Notes under the pieces: generated by a model | Database searches by the model: none | The model's input: only the letters and a program-made list of their open reading frames with translations | What the model was told of the DNA's origin: nothing | DNA from: Fidelibacterota bacterium | GTDB lineage: Bacteria; Fidelibacterota; UBA2242 | DNA: 17,550 nucleotides | Direction: 5' to 3' | Assembly: GCA_049975265.1 (NCBI GenBank) | Contig: JBNGDF010000013.1 | Span: 1 to 17,550, forward strand | Shown: in pieces, positions 8,365 to 16,633 of the stretch | How positions within the stretch are numbered: position 1 is the first letter of the stretch | Layout of the letters: every line of letters begins with the position of its first letter | Translations under genes and position numbers: made by a program

Positions 8365-9012
8365 TTAACGGAGCAGTCTACGAACCGGCTCGCTGACCGG
8401 ATAAGCCGCCAACAGTTCATCAACTTCAGAGCGGGACAGGGATTTCACCCTGCCAAGTGAGCGGGCGATCGCCAGAATTTTGAAAACGTGCTCCGCCCTT
8501 TCCAATTTATAATAGGCATCCCAGAGGTCTGCACCACAGCTGACGACGCCATGCCGTTCCAGAAGCAGAACATCGGCTCTTTTGGCATATTCTCCCACAA
8601 TGTCGGCAAACGCCTGAGTCGAGGGAGTCCGGTAGGGCACGAGCGGAATTTTCCCCAGTGTCACCAGGACTTCCGGAAAAAGCGGTTCTTCCAACCCTTC
8701 ACCGAGCATGGCAAAAGCGGTGGCATAGGGTGAATGAACATGAATAATTCCGCCTGCATCCGCCCGGACGGCATAGATTGCCCGGTGCATTTTGTATTCC
8801 GAAGATGGCTGAAGCGGTCCCTCAATCTTATTCCCACGAATGGTAATCAGGCTCTCCGCATCCAGACGACCCTTGGAAATACCGGTCGGCGTAATCAGAA
8901 ACGCCCTGGTATCAATGCGGGCGCTGATGTTACCGTCATTGGCTGCCACAAATCCCTGCCGGCAGACCTCCTTACCAATCGCACAAATTGTCTCTGCCAG
9001 TTTCTTTATCAT
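8365..9012 (-). CDS. Class II aldolase/adducin family protein (FucA/MtnB-like fold)
   Basis: DGNISAR, ITPTG, PSSE, HVHS and LLERHG retain the catalytic Glu and three metal-binding His. Start overlaps the serS stop (TGATG). Confidence 0.9.
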   Translation of the reverse strand: MIKKLAETICAIGKEVCRQGFVAANDGNISARIDTRAFLITPTGISKGRLDAESLITIRGNKIEGPLQPSSEYKMHRAIYAVRADAGGIIHVHSPYATAFAMLGEGLEEPLFPEVLVTLGKIPLVPYRTPSTQAFADIVGEYAKRADVLLLERHGVVSCGADLWDAYYKLERAEHVFKILAIARSLGRVKSLSRSEVDELLAAYPVSEPVRRLLR

Positions 9013-10289
9013 CAGGATTGAGTCTTTATCTGGGCAAAGCCGGTATAGGGTTGTAAAATTTTGGGAATGTTGATAGTGCCTTCATCCGTCTGATAGGTTT
9101 CCAGAAAAGCAATCATCAATCGCGGTGTCGCCACACCGGAGCCGTTCAGCGTATGCACAAACGCCACCTTACCGTCCGAAGCCCGGCGATAACGGATGTT
9201 TGCCCGGCGTGCCTGAAAATCCTCGAAATTGCTGACACTGGAAACCTCAAAATATTTTTCCGAACCCGGTGCCCAGACCTCGATGTCATAGCATTTGGCA
9301 GCTGCAAAACTTAAATCCCCGGAACACAGAGCAATAATCCGATAATGCAGATTCAGCGCCTGCAATACCTCTTCCGCCTCGTTTAACAACTCCTCGTGTG
9401 CCCGATACGAATTTTCGGGTTGCGTAATGCGAACCAGTTCGACCTTATTAAACTGATGAACCCGCGACAGACCGCGTGTATCTTTCCCGTATGACCCGGC
9501 TTCCCGTCGAAAACAGGCGGAATACGCCGTGTAAAGGAAGGGCAGTTGGTTCTCGGGAATGATCTCATCGCGATGGAGATTTGTAAGCGGCACCTCCGAA
9601 GTAGGAATCAGAAACAGATCATCCACATCATCCCGGTACATATCCTCTTCCAGTTTCGGGAGCTGCCCGGTACCAAAGGTCGCCTCGCGATTGGTCAGAA
9701 AGGGTGGAAAAATCTCCTGATATCCGTGTTTTTCCGTATGCAAATCCAACATAAAGTTGATAAATGCCCGCTCCAGCCGGGCGCCGGCATTTTTATAAAC
9801 CGGAAACCCGCTGCCACTGAGCTTGGCACCACGCTGAAAATCGAGTATATTGAGATTTTCACCCAGCTCCAGATGATCTTTCAGCGGATAGTCATAACGT
9901 CGTTGTTCACCCCACTTACGGACGATCTCATTCTCCTCTGCGCCCGCTCCGATTTTCACCGACTCATGTGGCAGATTGGGCAGAGTGATTAAAATCTGAT
10001 GCAACGCCTCGTCGATTGACTTGATCTGATCATCCAGCTCCTTAATCTTCTGAGCCACCTGTTTCATTTCAGCAATTCTATCGTCGGCGGACTGACCGGA
10101 TTTTTTCAGGCGGGCAATTTCCGCAGAGACCCGGTTCCGCAGCGCTTTCAGCTCATCTCCCTGCGATACGGCGGCTCGGCGCTGCCGATCCAGCTCCAGG
10201 ATCTCCTCAACCTTACCGGCACTGTTTTTCGCCCTCAAACCACGAATAAAAAAGTCAGGATCGCGTCGAATTTCCTTAATATCCAGCAC
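9012..10289 (-). CDS. serS: Serine--tRNA ligase
   Basis: MLDIK..R N-terminal coiled coil; LIPTSEVPL, CFRREAGSYGKDTRGL.RVHQFNKVE, YDIEVW and HTLNGSG motifs. GTG start with GGGAG RBS. Confidence 0.98.
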   Translation of the reverse strand: MLDIKEIRRDPDFFIRGLRAKNSAGKVEEILELDRQRRAAVSQGDELKALRNRVSAEIARLKKSGQSADDRIAEMKQVAQKIKELDDQIKSIDEALHQILITLPNLPHESVKIGAGAEENEIVRKWGEQRRYDYPLKDHLELGENLNILDFQRGAKLSGSGFPVYKNAGARLERAFINFMLDLHTEKHGYQEIFPPFLTNREATFGTGQLPKLEEDMYRDDVDDLFLIPTSEVPLTNLHRDEIIPENQLPFLYTAYSACFRREAGSYGKDTRGLSRVHQFNKVELVRITQPENSYRAHEELLNEAEEVLQALNLHYRIIALCSGDLSFAAAKCYDIEVWAPGSEKYFEVSSVSNFEDFQARRANIRYRRASDGKVAFVHTLNGSGVATPRLMIAFLETYQTDEGTINIPKILQPYTGFAQIKTQS

Positions 10290-10399
10290 TATTGTCTCCC
10301 GTTCAAATTCACTTCGCTCAATTTTCCCTAATGGCGTAAATTAAGCATATTTTCAGAGGAATTGTAGTGCTAAAATGCATGCCGGCAGTGGAATGCGGC

Positions 10400-12946
10400 T
10401 TAGTTGTAGGCAAATTTGTGCTTTTTCCGCAATCCGATCAGCAGCGTCTGGATGATAATTTTCAGGTCCAGTATAACGGACATATTTTCGATATAGTAGA
10501 GATCGTAGCGTAATTTTTCACGTACGTCATCGATACTTTCGTCGTATTTATACTTAATTTGTGCCCAGCCGGTGATGCCCGGCTTGACAATCAGCCGGCG
10601 GGAATAAAACGGAATCGACTTTTCCAGTTCGTTGACGAAATGCAGGCGCTCCGGGCGAGGACCGACAATGCTCATGTCGCCAATCAGCACATTAAAAAAC
10701 TGCGGAATCTCATCCAGACCGGTCTTCCGTAAGAATGAGCCGACGCGGGTCATCCGGGGGTCCTCTTTCTCCGCCCATTTTGGTCCGGTCAGCTCCTCGG
10801 CATTGTGCTGCATGGAGCGGAATTTGATCAGCTCAAATTCCTGCCGGTTTTTCCCCACCCGCTTCTGTTTATAAAACACCGGACCTTTGGAATCGATTTT
10901 AATAATCAAGGCAATGATCAGCCAAAAGGGCAAAAAAACCACCAAAACTATCAGCGAAATGACGATGTCGATAATGCGTTTTAATAACCACTCCCAGGTT
11001 TTCATATTCGATTTAAAAAAGCGGATCAGCGAGACACCGTAGATGTGACTGGTTTTAAATCCGGACATCAGGTTGTAGAAATCGGGCAGCAGCTTTACGG
11101 AAATGTTATACTGGCTAAAGAGGGCGATCAGGTCCATGATTGTATCGCTGTCGGCATCGTCCAGAGCAATGATGACCTCTTTGATCTTTTTCTGTTTGAT
11201 GAATTTCGGGATATCCTCGAAACCGCCCAGAATCGGTATACCGTTGATCAGTTTGCCGACATTGCCGTTGGCACGCTCATCGATATACCCCACCAGCTTG
11301 AATTTCAGTTCCGGTACATATTTTATCTTAGTCGCCACATTGATCGCCTGGCTCGACGCTCCGATGATCAACGTCGGTCTGGGTCGAAAGCCAAGCAGGT
11401 CATTATTTTTCAGAATGCCGATTAAAATCAACCGCCCGGCACCGAGACCGATAAAGAGCAGGATTCCGTAGGTTATCAGCACTCGCCGGGCAACAATGAT
11501 GGGAAAATAAAATTCGTAGGTAATAAAAAAGATGAACAGCGTGCCCACAAACACGATTTTAAAAACGGTAAAGAGCTCGTCAATCCGGGAGGTATCCCAT
11601 TCGATTTTGTAGAGATCGTTGGCGCCCAGCAATACCACCCAGAAGACGATCGTCCAGGAATTTTGCAGAATCAGTTCGCCTGCCGGGAACGAACGCTCCA
11701 GAAAGGGTACGATCCGCCAGTAATATGTCAGGAAAAATGCCAGCGTGATAAAAATAATATCACTGCAAATAAAAAGAAGTGACTGGATAAATTCGGAGGT
11801 ATCAAAGGGAATAAATTTGCTCTCCTGTTTGCCATTGCCATTGGTAATACCATTGGTTTTACCGTTGCCATTGCCATTTTCACCATTGGAAACAACTATA
11901 ATATTCTGCTCTATCTCAACATAACCCAGCCGGCGAATCAGGAGCGCCAATAAGACCGCTCCCACAATCAATACCGTCAGCAGTGCCTGGGTGTTCAGAT
12001 ATAAGAAGGAGAATCCCATAATGCCCGCCATGGCACTGAACAAATAAATGATTTTGACGGCATTTTTATGGGAAAATCCGATGCTCATCAGACGATGGTG
12101 AATATGCTCCTTATCCGCCATGAAGGGATGCATCCGCTTGCTGGCTCTCCGGAAAAAAGCGATGAGAGTATCCAGAGCCGGAACGATCAGGACGGTCAAT
12201 GGGACAATCAGGTTCAGAGTATTGGAGCGACCAACCCTGCCAATCTCCAGGGCGATCACAGCCGTGGCAAATCCCAGAAACAACGAACCGGCATCTCCCA
12301 TAAAGATCGATGCCGGATGATAATTATAACGGAGAAATCCCAAATTTGCCAGTATCAGCAGAAGATTTACCAGAGCGATGAGCGTTCTGCCCGACGACAT
12401 TGCGATAACGGTAAAGGTGGCGAAGATAATCGTCGACACTCCCGCCGCCAGACCGTCCAGACCATCCAGCAGATTCATGGTGTTGGTAATGAAAACAATC
12501 CACAACAGCGTAAACACAAAGGAAAAACCGCCCAGATAGATATCGCCGATCACCGGCAGATAGATCGTATCGAAGTGAAAACCGCCGATAACCACCATAA
12601 TGGCGGCGATGATCTGGCAGTAAAATTTGGTGGAGAATTTCAATCCCTTCAGATCGTCATATAAACCCACCAGTGTAATAAAAGTACAGGCAATGCCTAA
12701 AACGTAGTAGTGCGAAGGCACCTTCCCGGCAACGATGGGAACCAAAAGGACGGAGATGCCGACACCGATTAAAACGGACAATACAATAGCGACACCGCCA
12801 AGATAGGGAACGAAGATTTTGTGGACTTTACGATCGTTGGGAATATCGCCGATTTGGTATTTGATCGCAACTTTCCGGGCAAACCTGGTCAGCAGCAGTG
12901 AACTGCCCAGGGTTATGATCGCAATGATGAACAATCGCAAATACAA
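10400..12946 (-). CDS. Fusion of WecA/TagO (MraY-like polytopic) phosphoglycosyl transferase and WbaP/WcaJ-type large monotopic phosphoglycosyl transferase
   Basis: aa ~1-345: RKVH, GLYDD, NTMNLLDGLDGLA, FMGDAGS, HIHH. aa ~354-373: Asn/Gly linker. aa ~385-848: four TM helices, Rossmann-like TLIIGA domain, KRIID, KFRSM, DPR.TRVG.FLRKTGLDEIPQ..NV..GDMS.VGPRPER, KPGITGWAQ and DLYYI motifs. TTG start with GAGGG RBS. Confidence 0.92.
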   Translation of the reverse strand: MYLRLFIIAIITLGSSLLLTRFARKVAIKYQIGDIPNDRKVHKIFVPYLGGVAIVLSVLIGVGISVLLVPIVAGKVPSHYYVLGIACTFITLVGLYDDLKGLKFSTKFYCQIIAAIMVVIGGFHFDTIYLPVIGDIYLGGFSFVFTLLWIVFITNTMNLLDGLDGLAAGVSTIIFATFTVIAMSSGRTLIALVNLLLILANLGFLRYNYHPASIFMGDAGSLFLGFATAVIALEIGRVGRSNTLNLIVPLTVLIVPALDTLIAFFRRASKRMHPFMADKEHIHHRLMSIGFSHKNAVKIIYLFSAMAGIMGFSFLYLNTQALLTVLIVGAVLLALLIRRLGYVEIEQNIIVVSNGENGNGNGKTNGITNGNGKQESKFIPFDTSEFIQSLLFICSDIIFITLAFFLTYYWRIVPFLERSFPAGELILQNSWTIVFWVVLLGANDLYKIEWDTSRIDELFTVFKIVFVGTLFIFFITYEFYFPIIVARRVLITYGILLFIGLGAGRLILIGILKNNDLLGFRPRPTLIIGASSQAINVATKIKYVPELKFKLVGYIDERANGNVGKLINGIPILGGFEDIPKFIKQKKIKEVIIALDDADSDTIMDLIALFSQYNISVKLLPDFYNLMSGFKTSHIYGVSLIRFFKSNMKTWEWLLKRIIDIVISLIVLVVFLPFWLIIALIIKIDSKGPVFYKQKRVGKNRQEFELIKFRSMQHNAEELTGPKWAEKEDPRMTRVGSFLRKTGLDEIPQFFNVLIGDMSIVGPRPERLHFVNELEKSIPFYSRRLIVKPGITGWAQIKYKYDESIDDVREKLRYDLYYIENMSVILDLKIIIQTLLIGLRKKHKFAYN
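11828..11887 (-). repeat. Low-complexity Asn-Gly linker (NGENGNGNGKTNGITNGNGK) made of degenerate AATGGN units
   Basis: Repeated (g/a)ccatt units on the plus strand, located between the two PGT halves. Confidence 0.8.
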
Positions 12947-13107
12947 ATATATCCCTCTCGTGTTTGATCTACTTCAGCACCGCTGTTTTAAACTTCGCCC
13001 GCCAAGTAAAACTTGCTGATCGGACTATTTTTGTGAGTATGAGTTTAGTTTTTTATGGTACGTAGCAACTGTTTGTGACTGACACCCTCGACATTTCAAC
13101 TGGTTAA

Positions 13108-13136
13108 AATGTAAAAACAAAATAGCAACATGGCAA
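13108..13136 (-). promoter_or_regulatory. Putative sigma70 promoter for the dual-PGT fusion gene
   Basis: TTGCCA (13136-13131), 17-nt spacer, TACATT (13113-13108), about 160 nt upstream of the TTG start. Confidence 0.55.
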
Positions 13137-13176
13137 GGATAAAGTGCACTAATTCCCCTATAACCGCAATTCACCT

Positions 13177-13824
13177 TTATTTATCGAGAATCTTATCTCT
13201 GCTGGGTAATATTACTCTAATAACTGTTTTGAGAAATATTTTTATATCTCTAACCAAATTCCAATTGTCCGCGTATTGCCTTTCCAACTCAAATTTATGA
13301 GGCATGATAACATCCCGATAATATTGATGTGGATTCGCCGAACATGCCAATAATTCGTCCTCATGATGATAATACAGAGAACCAGCTCCCGTTATTCCCG
13401 GTCGCATTGAGTAATATTCAATAATCTCTTCAGGGTTAAAGGATTCCATCATCTGTTCCCGAATCAGAGGACGGGGACCAACAAAACTCATATCACCTAA
13501 TAAAACATTAATTAGCTGTGGAATTTCATTAATTTTGGTCTTTCTTAAAAATTTGCCAAACTTAAATGGTCGTTCATCATCGGTTGTCGTAATATAACCG
13601 GCTTTTTCAGAACCCTTTGGCATGGTTGTAAACTTATAGCAAAAAAAATCTTGTCCCAAATAGCCTACTCGTTTTTGATGATAAAAAACATCTTCACCTA
13701 AAATTTTCAACCGAATTGCTACCCAGATAAAAACAGGAGTAGTAAGAAGCAGTAAAATGATTGCCAGAATTTTGTCTGCCGTATATTTTATTAATAGTGA
13801 AAATTTAGGATTTCTTTGCACCAT
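13177..13824 (-). CDS. Small monotopic sugar transferase (PglC-like, Bac_transf family) with variant active site
   Basis: One hydrophobic segment; FYHQKRVG, KFTTM, GKFLRKTKINEIPQLINVLLGDMSFVGPRP and RPGITG motifs. Overlaps the upstream aminotransferase by 20 nt. Confidence 0.9.
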   Translation of the reverse strand: MVQRNPKFSLLIKYTADKILAIILLLLTTPVFIWVAIRLKILGEDVFYHQKRVGYLGQDFFCYKFTTMPKGSEKAGYITTTDDERPFKFGKFLRKTKINEIPQLINVLLGDMSFVGPRPLIREQMMESFNPEEIIEYYSMRPGITGAGSLYYHHEDELLACSANPHQYYRDVIMPHKFELERQYADNWNLVRDIKIFLKTVIRVILPSRDKILDK

Positions 13825-14971
13825 CCGTCAGTACCTTTAACACCATATCGCATTGTGCTTGTGTAAGATTCACCGAACAAGGAATGTTCAGTGTTTGTTC
13901 GAACAATCGAAAAGCATTTTCAATCTGATAGTGCTGACAATTCTTATAAGGTTTTTGTAAATGATTTAAATACCAAACCGGGCGAGTTTGGATATTATGT
14001 TTGGATAAATACTGCATCAGCGTTTCCCGATCCATTCCATACACTTTAGAATCAATTTTCAAACAATAGAACCAATAATTTGATTGGCCATATTCAGGAA
14101 CATCAGCTAAAGATAAACCTGGGATAGATTCAATATTTGTCTTATAGTATTTCCAATTTTTTCTCTTGATGTCAATATATTCCCGAAGTTGTTCCAATTG
14201 AGCTACACCCAATGCGGCTTGGATATTTGTCAATCGGTAGTTATATCCGATTTCATTATGAATGTAACGGACCGGATCATCTTTTGCCTGAGTTGTCAAG
14301 TACCTGGCTTTTTCGGCATATTTACTGTTGTTGGTCACAATCATGCCACCACCACCACTGGTAATGATTTTATTTCCGTTAAATGAATAACAACCTATCT
14401 CTCCAACTGTCCCGGTATAACAATTTGCTAAATTTCCGTGTGTATAATAAGCACCGATGCTTTCAGCAGCGTCTTCAATAACAGCAATATTTCTGAAACG
14501 ACATTTATTTAATAATTCAAAAGCATTCACCGGATTTCCAAAAATATGAACCAACATGATAGCAGCAATCCGCTTACCGGTATGTTTATTGTATGTATGT
14601 CCGTTTTTAAAAACCGTTTCATTTTCAATAAAAGCTATCGTTTTTTCAGGATCTATATTGTAATAATCATCGCAATCCATGAATACCGGTTTTGCATTTA
14701 GATAACTGACTGAATTGATCGAAGAAATAAAGGTAAGTGTCGGGACAATCACTTCATCTCCGGAGTGAACGCCAACCAATTGTAATGCGATCTGCAACGC
14801 TGCCGTTCCGTTGACACAAGCAATCGCGTACCGCGCACCTGTCAATTTGCATATATCTTCCTCAAACCGATCGACATATTTCCCGGCTGAAGACACCCAT
14901 TCGGTATCAATACATTCTTTTACATATCGCCATTCATTACCTCTGATCGTGGGGACAGAAAGGGGAATCAT
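13805..14971 (-). CDS. LegC-type PLP-dependent nucleotide-sugar aminotransferase (DegT/DnrJ/EryC1/StrS family)
   Basis: IPLSVP...GNEW.YVKEC.DT.WVSSAGKYVDRFE, NGTAAL, EDAAES.G, SFNGNKIIT.GGGG (PLP Lys) and GYNYRLTNIQAALG motifs. Confidence 0.92.
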   Translation of the reverse strand: MIPLSVPTIRGNEWRYVKECIDTEWVSSAGKYVDRFEEDICKLTGARYAIACVNGTAALQIALQLVGVHSGDEVIVPTLTFISSINSVSYLNAKPVFMDCDDYYNIDPEKTIAFIENETVFKNGHTYNKHTGKRIAAIMLVHIFGNPVNAFELLNKCRFRNIAVIEDAAESIGAYYTHGNLANCYTGTVGEIGCYSFNGNKIITSGGGGMIVTNNSKYAEKARYLTTQAKDDPVRYIHNEIGYNYRLTNIQAALGVAQLEQLREYIDIKRKNWKYYKTNIESIPGLSLADVPEYGQSNYWFYCLKIDSKVYGMDRETLMQYLSKHNIQTRPVWYLNHLQKPYKNCQHYQIENAFRLFEQTLNIPCSVNLTQAQCDMVLKVLTDGAKKS

Positions 14972-14981
14972 AATTTATTTC

Positions 14982-15953
14982 CTAACTATTACGATATTTT
15001 TCACTCTCAGAATCACGGATAATCCCCTGGGAGACTGCAGTGTAAATTGCCCTTATTCCATCAGGTACAGTTTTAGTAATTCTGAAATTCAGCTCGTTTT
15101 TTATTTTTGAAAAATCGACACGATAATCCCGTGGGTCTTCATCTTTATGAACATATTCAACCTGCATTTTAGGCACAATATTTTTAATTTCCTCGGAGAG
15201 CATCTTTTTCTGATAATTTTCACCTGTGTCACCAACACCAAACACGTTATGATCCACTTTACTAGGCTCCGACTCCAAGACCAGTATGCACGCCCGTGCC
15301 AAATCCTCGACATGACAGTATGGTCTCCAAAATTGTTCTCCGTAAATCAGCAATTTTTTTCCTAAGGCAACGTCACGGGTGAATTCATTGACAGTAAGAT
15401 CAAATCTCATTCGGGGTGATAACCCGTAAACCGTCGCAAAGCGTAACGAAGTGGGTACAAAATCCGATCTGGTTTGGCTCTTCAAAAGATAGGTCTCAAA
15501 CTCAACTTTCAATTCTGCATAAAGAGAAACAGGGCGGAGTGGAGACTCCTCATTAATAAATCCATCCCCCTCCATCTTGCCATAATTGCTACACGTTGAT
15601 GCAAAAATAAACCGCTTTACCTTTTTCGTTCGATGGCAAATATCAAATAAGTTTTTTGACGCAGTTAAATTAACTTCCCGTGCTAAATCAGGTTCTTTTG
15701 CACAAGCCGGATCACCTACAATCGCCGCCAAATGCACAACCGCATCCGCGCCATCAACAGCTTGGATAACATCAGATTCATCGCGGATATCACCTTTGAT
15801 AAACTCAAAATTTGAATGATCATAAATACCCAATAACGACTCTCCGCCAAACCTTAATACATCAAAAACTCTGACCTCGTAGCCTTTTTGTAACAATTGG
15901 CGGCTTAACACCGAACCTATATATCCTGCTCCTCCTGTTACTAATACTTTCAA
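14982..15953 (-). CDS. NAD-dependent nucleotide-sugar epimerase/dehydratase (extended SDR)
   Basis: TGGAGYIG, HLAAIVG, STCSNYG and YAELK (YxxxK) motifs. TTG start immediately after the upstream TGA, with GGAGG RBS. Confidence 0.92.
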   Translation of the reverse strand: MKVLVTGGAGYIGSVLSRQLLQKGYEVRVFDVLRFGGESLLGIYDHSNFEFIKGDIRDESDVIQAVDGADAVVHLAAIVGDPACAKEPDLAREVNLTASKNLFDICHRTKKVKRFIFASTCSNYGKMEGDGFINEESPLRPVSLYAELKVEFETYLLKSQTRSDFVPTSLRFATVYGLSPRMRFDLTVNEFTRDVALGKKLLIYGEQFWRPYCHVEDLARACILVLESEPSKVDHNVFGVGDTGENYQKKMLSEEIKNIVPKMQVEYVHKDEDPRDYRVDFSKIKNELNFRITKTVPDGIRAIYTAVSQGIIRDSESEKYRNS

Positions 15954-16622
15954 TCATACCTCCTGCTTAATCACTTCTTTAGCAGGGACTCCTACAACAG
16001 TTGTATTTTCCCTGACATTTTTGATAACTACGGCACCAGCGCCAACGACAGAATTCGATCCGATTTTTAAATATTGTAATATTGTCGCCCCGGTCCCAAT
16101 CAGACAGCCATCTTCAATTTCAACTCCACCGGATAAATTAACACCAGGATTGACAATACAATAATCAGCAATCCGCACATCATGACTAATATTGCAGGCA
16201 CGATTAATACAATTAAATGATCCAATTCGAATGTTTGTCGTGAAAATATTCCCGGCGCAGATAATATTTCCTATTCCCAACGAGACACCTCTCATATCAG
16301 GAACAACTCCGGGGTGAATAATATTAGGAAATTCAATATTACTTTTCAGCCCCATCAATTCACAATGGATTTTTTTTACAGTTCGGGAATTGCCGATCGC
16401 AATAACTAAATTCAGGTGTTCATCTTTCCTCTTTTTCAGAATGCTCTCCGGAAAAATTTCATACCCCATCATCGTATTTCCGATTTCTGCATCATCGTTG
16501 CTGATAAATCCAAGAATGTTCCATCGCCTCTCGGTTATATTTATATCCTCAATCAAATAGGCGATCTCCCTGGCATGTCCGCCTGCTCCAATGATAAACA
16601 AGTTTTTAATTATTTCGTCCAT
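15954..16622 (-). CDS. NeuD/PglD-family sugar acetyltransferase (hexapeptide repeat)
   Basis: IIGAGGHAREI N-domain, AIGN, NIIHP, SHD (catalytic His), left-handed beta-helix repeats and VVGVPAK. Confidence 0.92.
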   Translation of the reverse strand: MDEIIKNLFIIGAGGHAREIAYLIEDINITERRWNILGFISNDDAEIGNTMMGYEIFPESILKKRKDEHLNLVIAIGNSRTVKKIHCELMGLKSNIEFPNIIHPGVVPDMRGVSLGIGNIICAGNIFTTNIRIGSFNCINRACNISHDVRIADYCIVNPGVNLSGGVEIEDGCLIGTGATILQYLKIGSNSVVGAGAVVIKNVRENTTVVGVPAKEVIKQEV

Positions 16623-16633
16623 TAAATTAAATT

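Noticed and set aside
8352..8423. ORF-track N-terminal extension of plsC
   Set aside because: Overlaps the aldolase C-terminus. ATG 8351 begins the expected hydrophobic segment.
10290..10399. Possible T-box or other serS leader
   Set aside because: The gap is only 110 nt and shows no T-box consensus or terminator.
11045..12664. Plus-strand ORFs inside the PGT fusion gene (126, 122, 198 and 66 aa)
   Set aside because: Antisense shadows with no motifs.
12970..13005. Possible RfaH ops/JUMPstart element in the leader of the glycan-initiation gene (GGCGGGCG, AGCGGTGC)
   Set aside because: Neither matches the GGCGGTAG core well enough.
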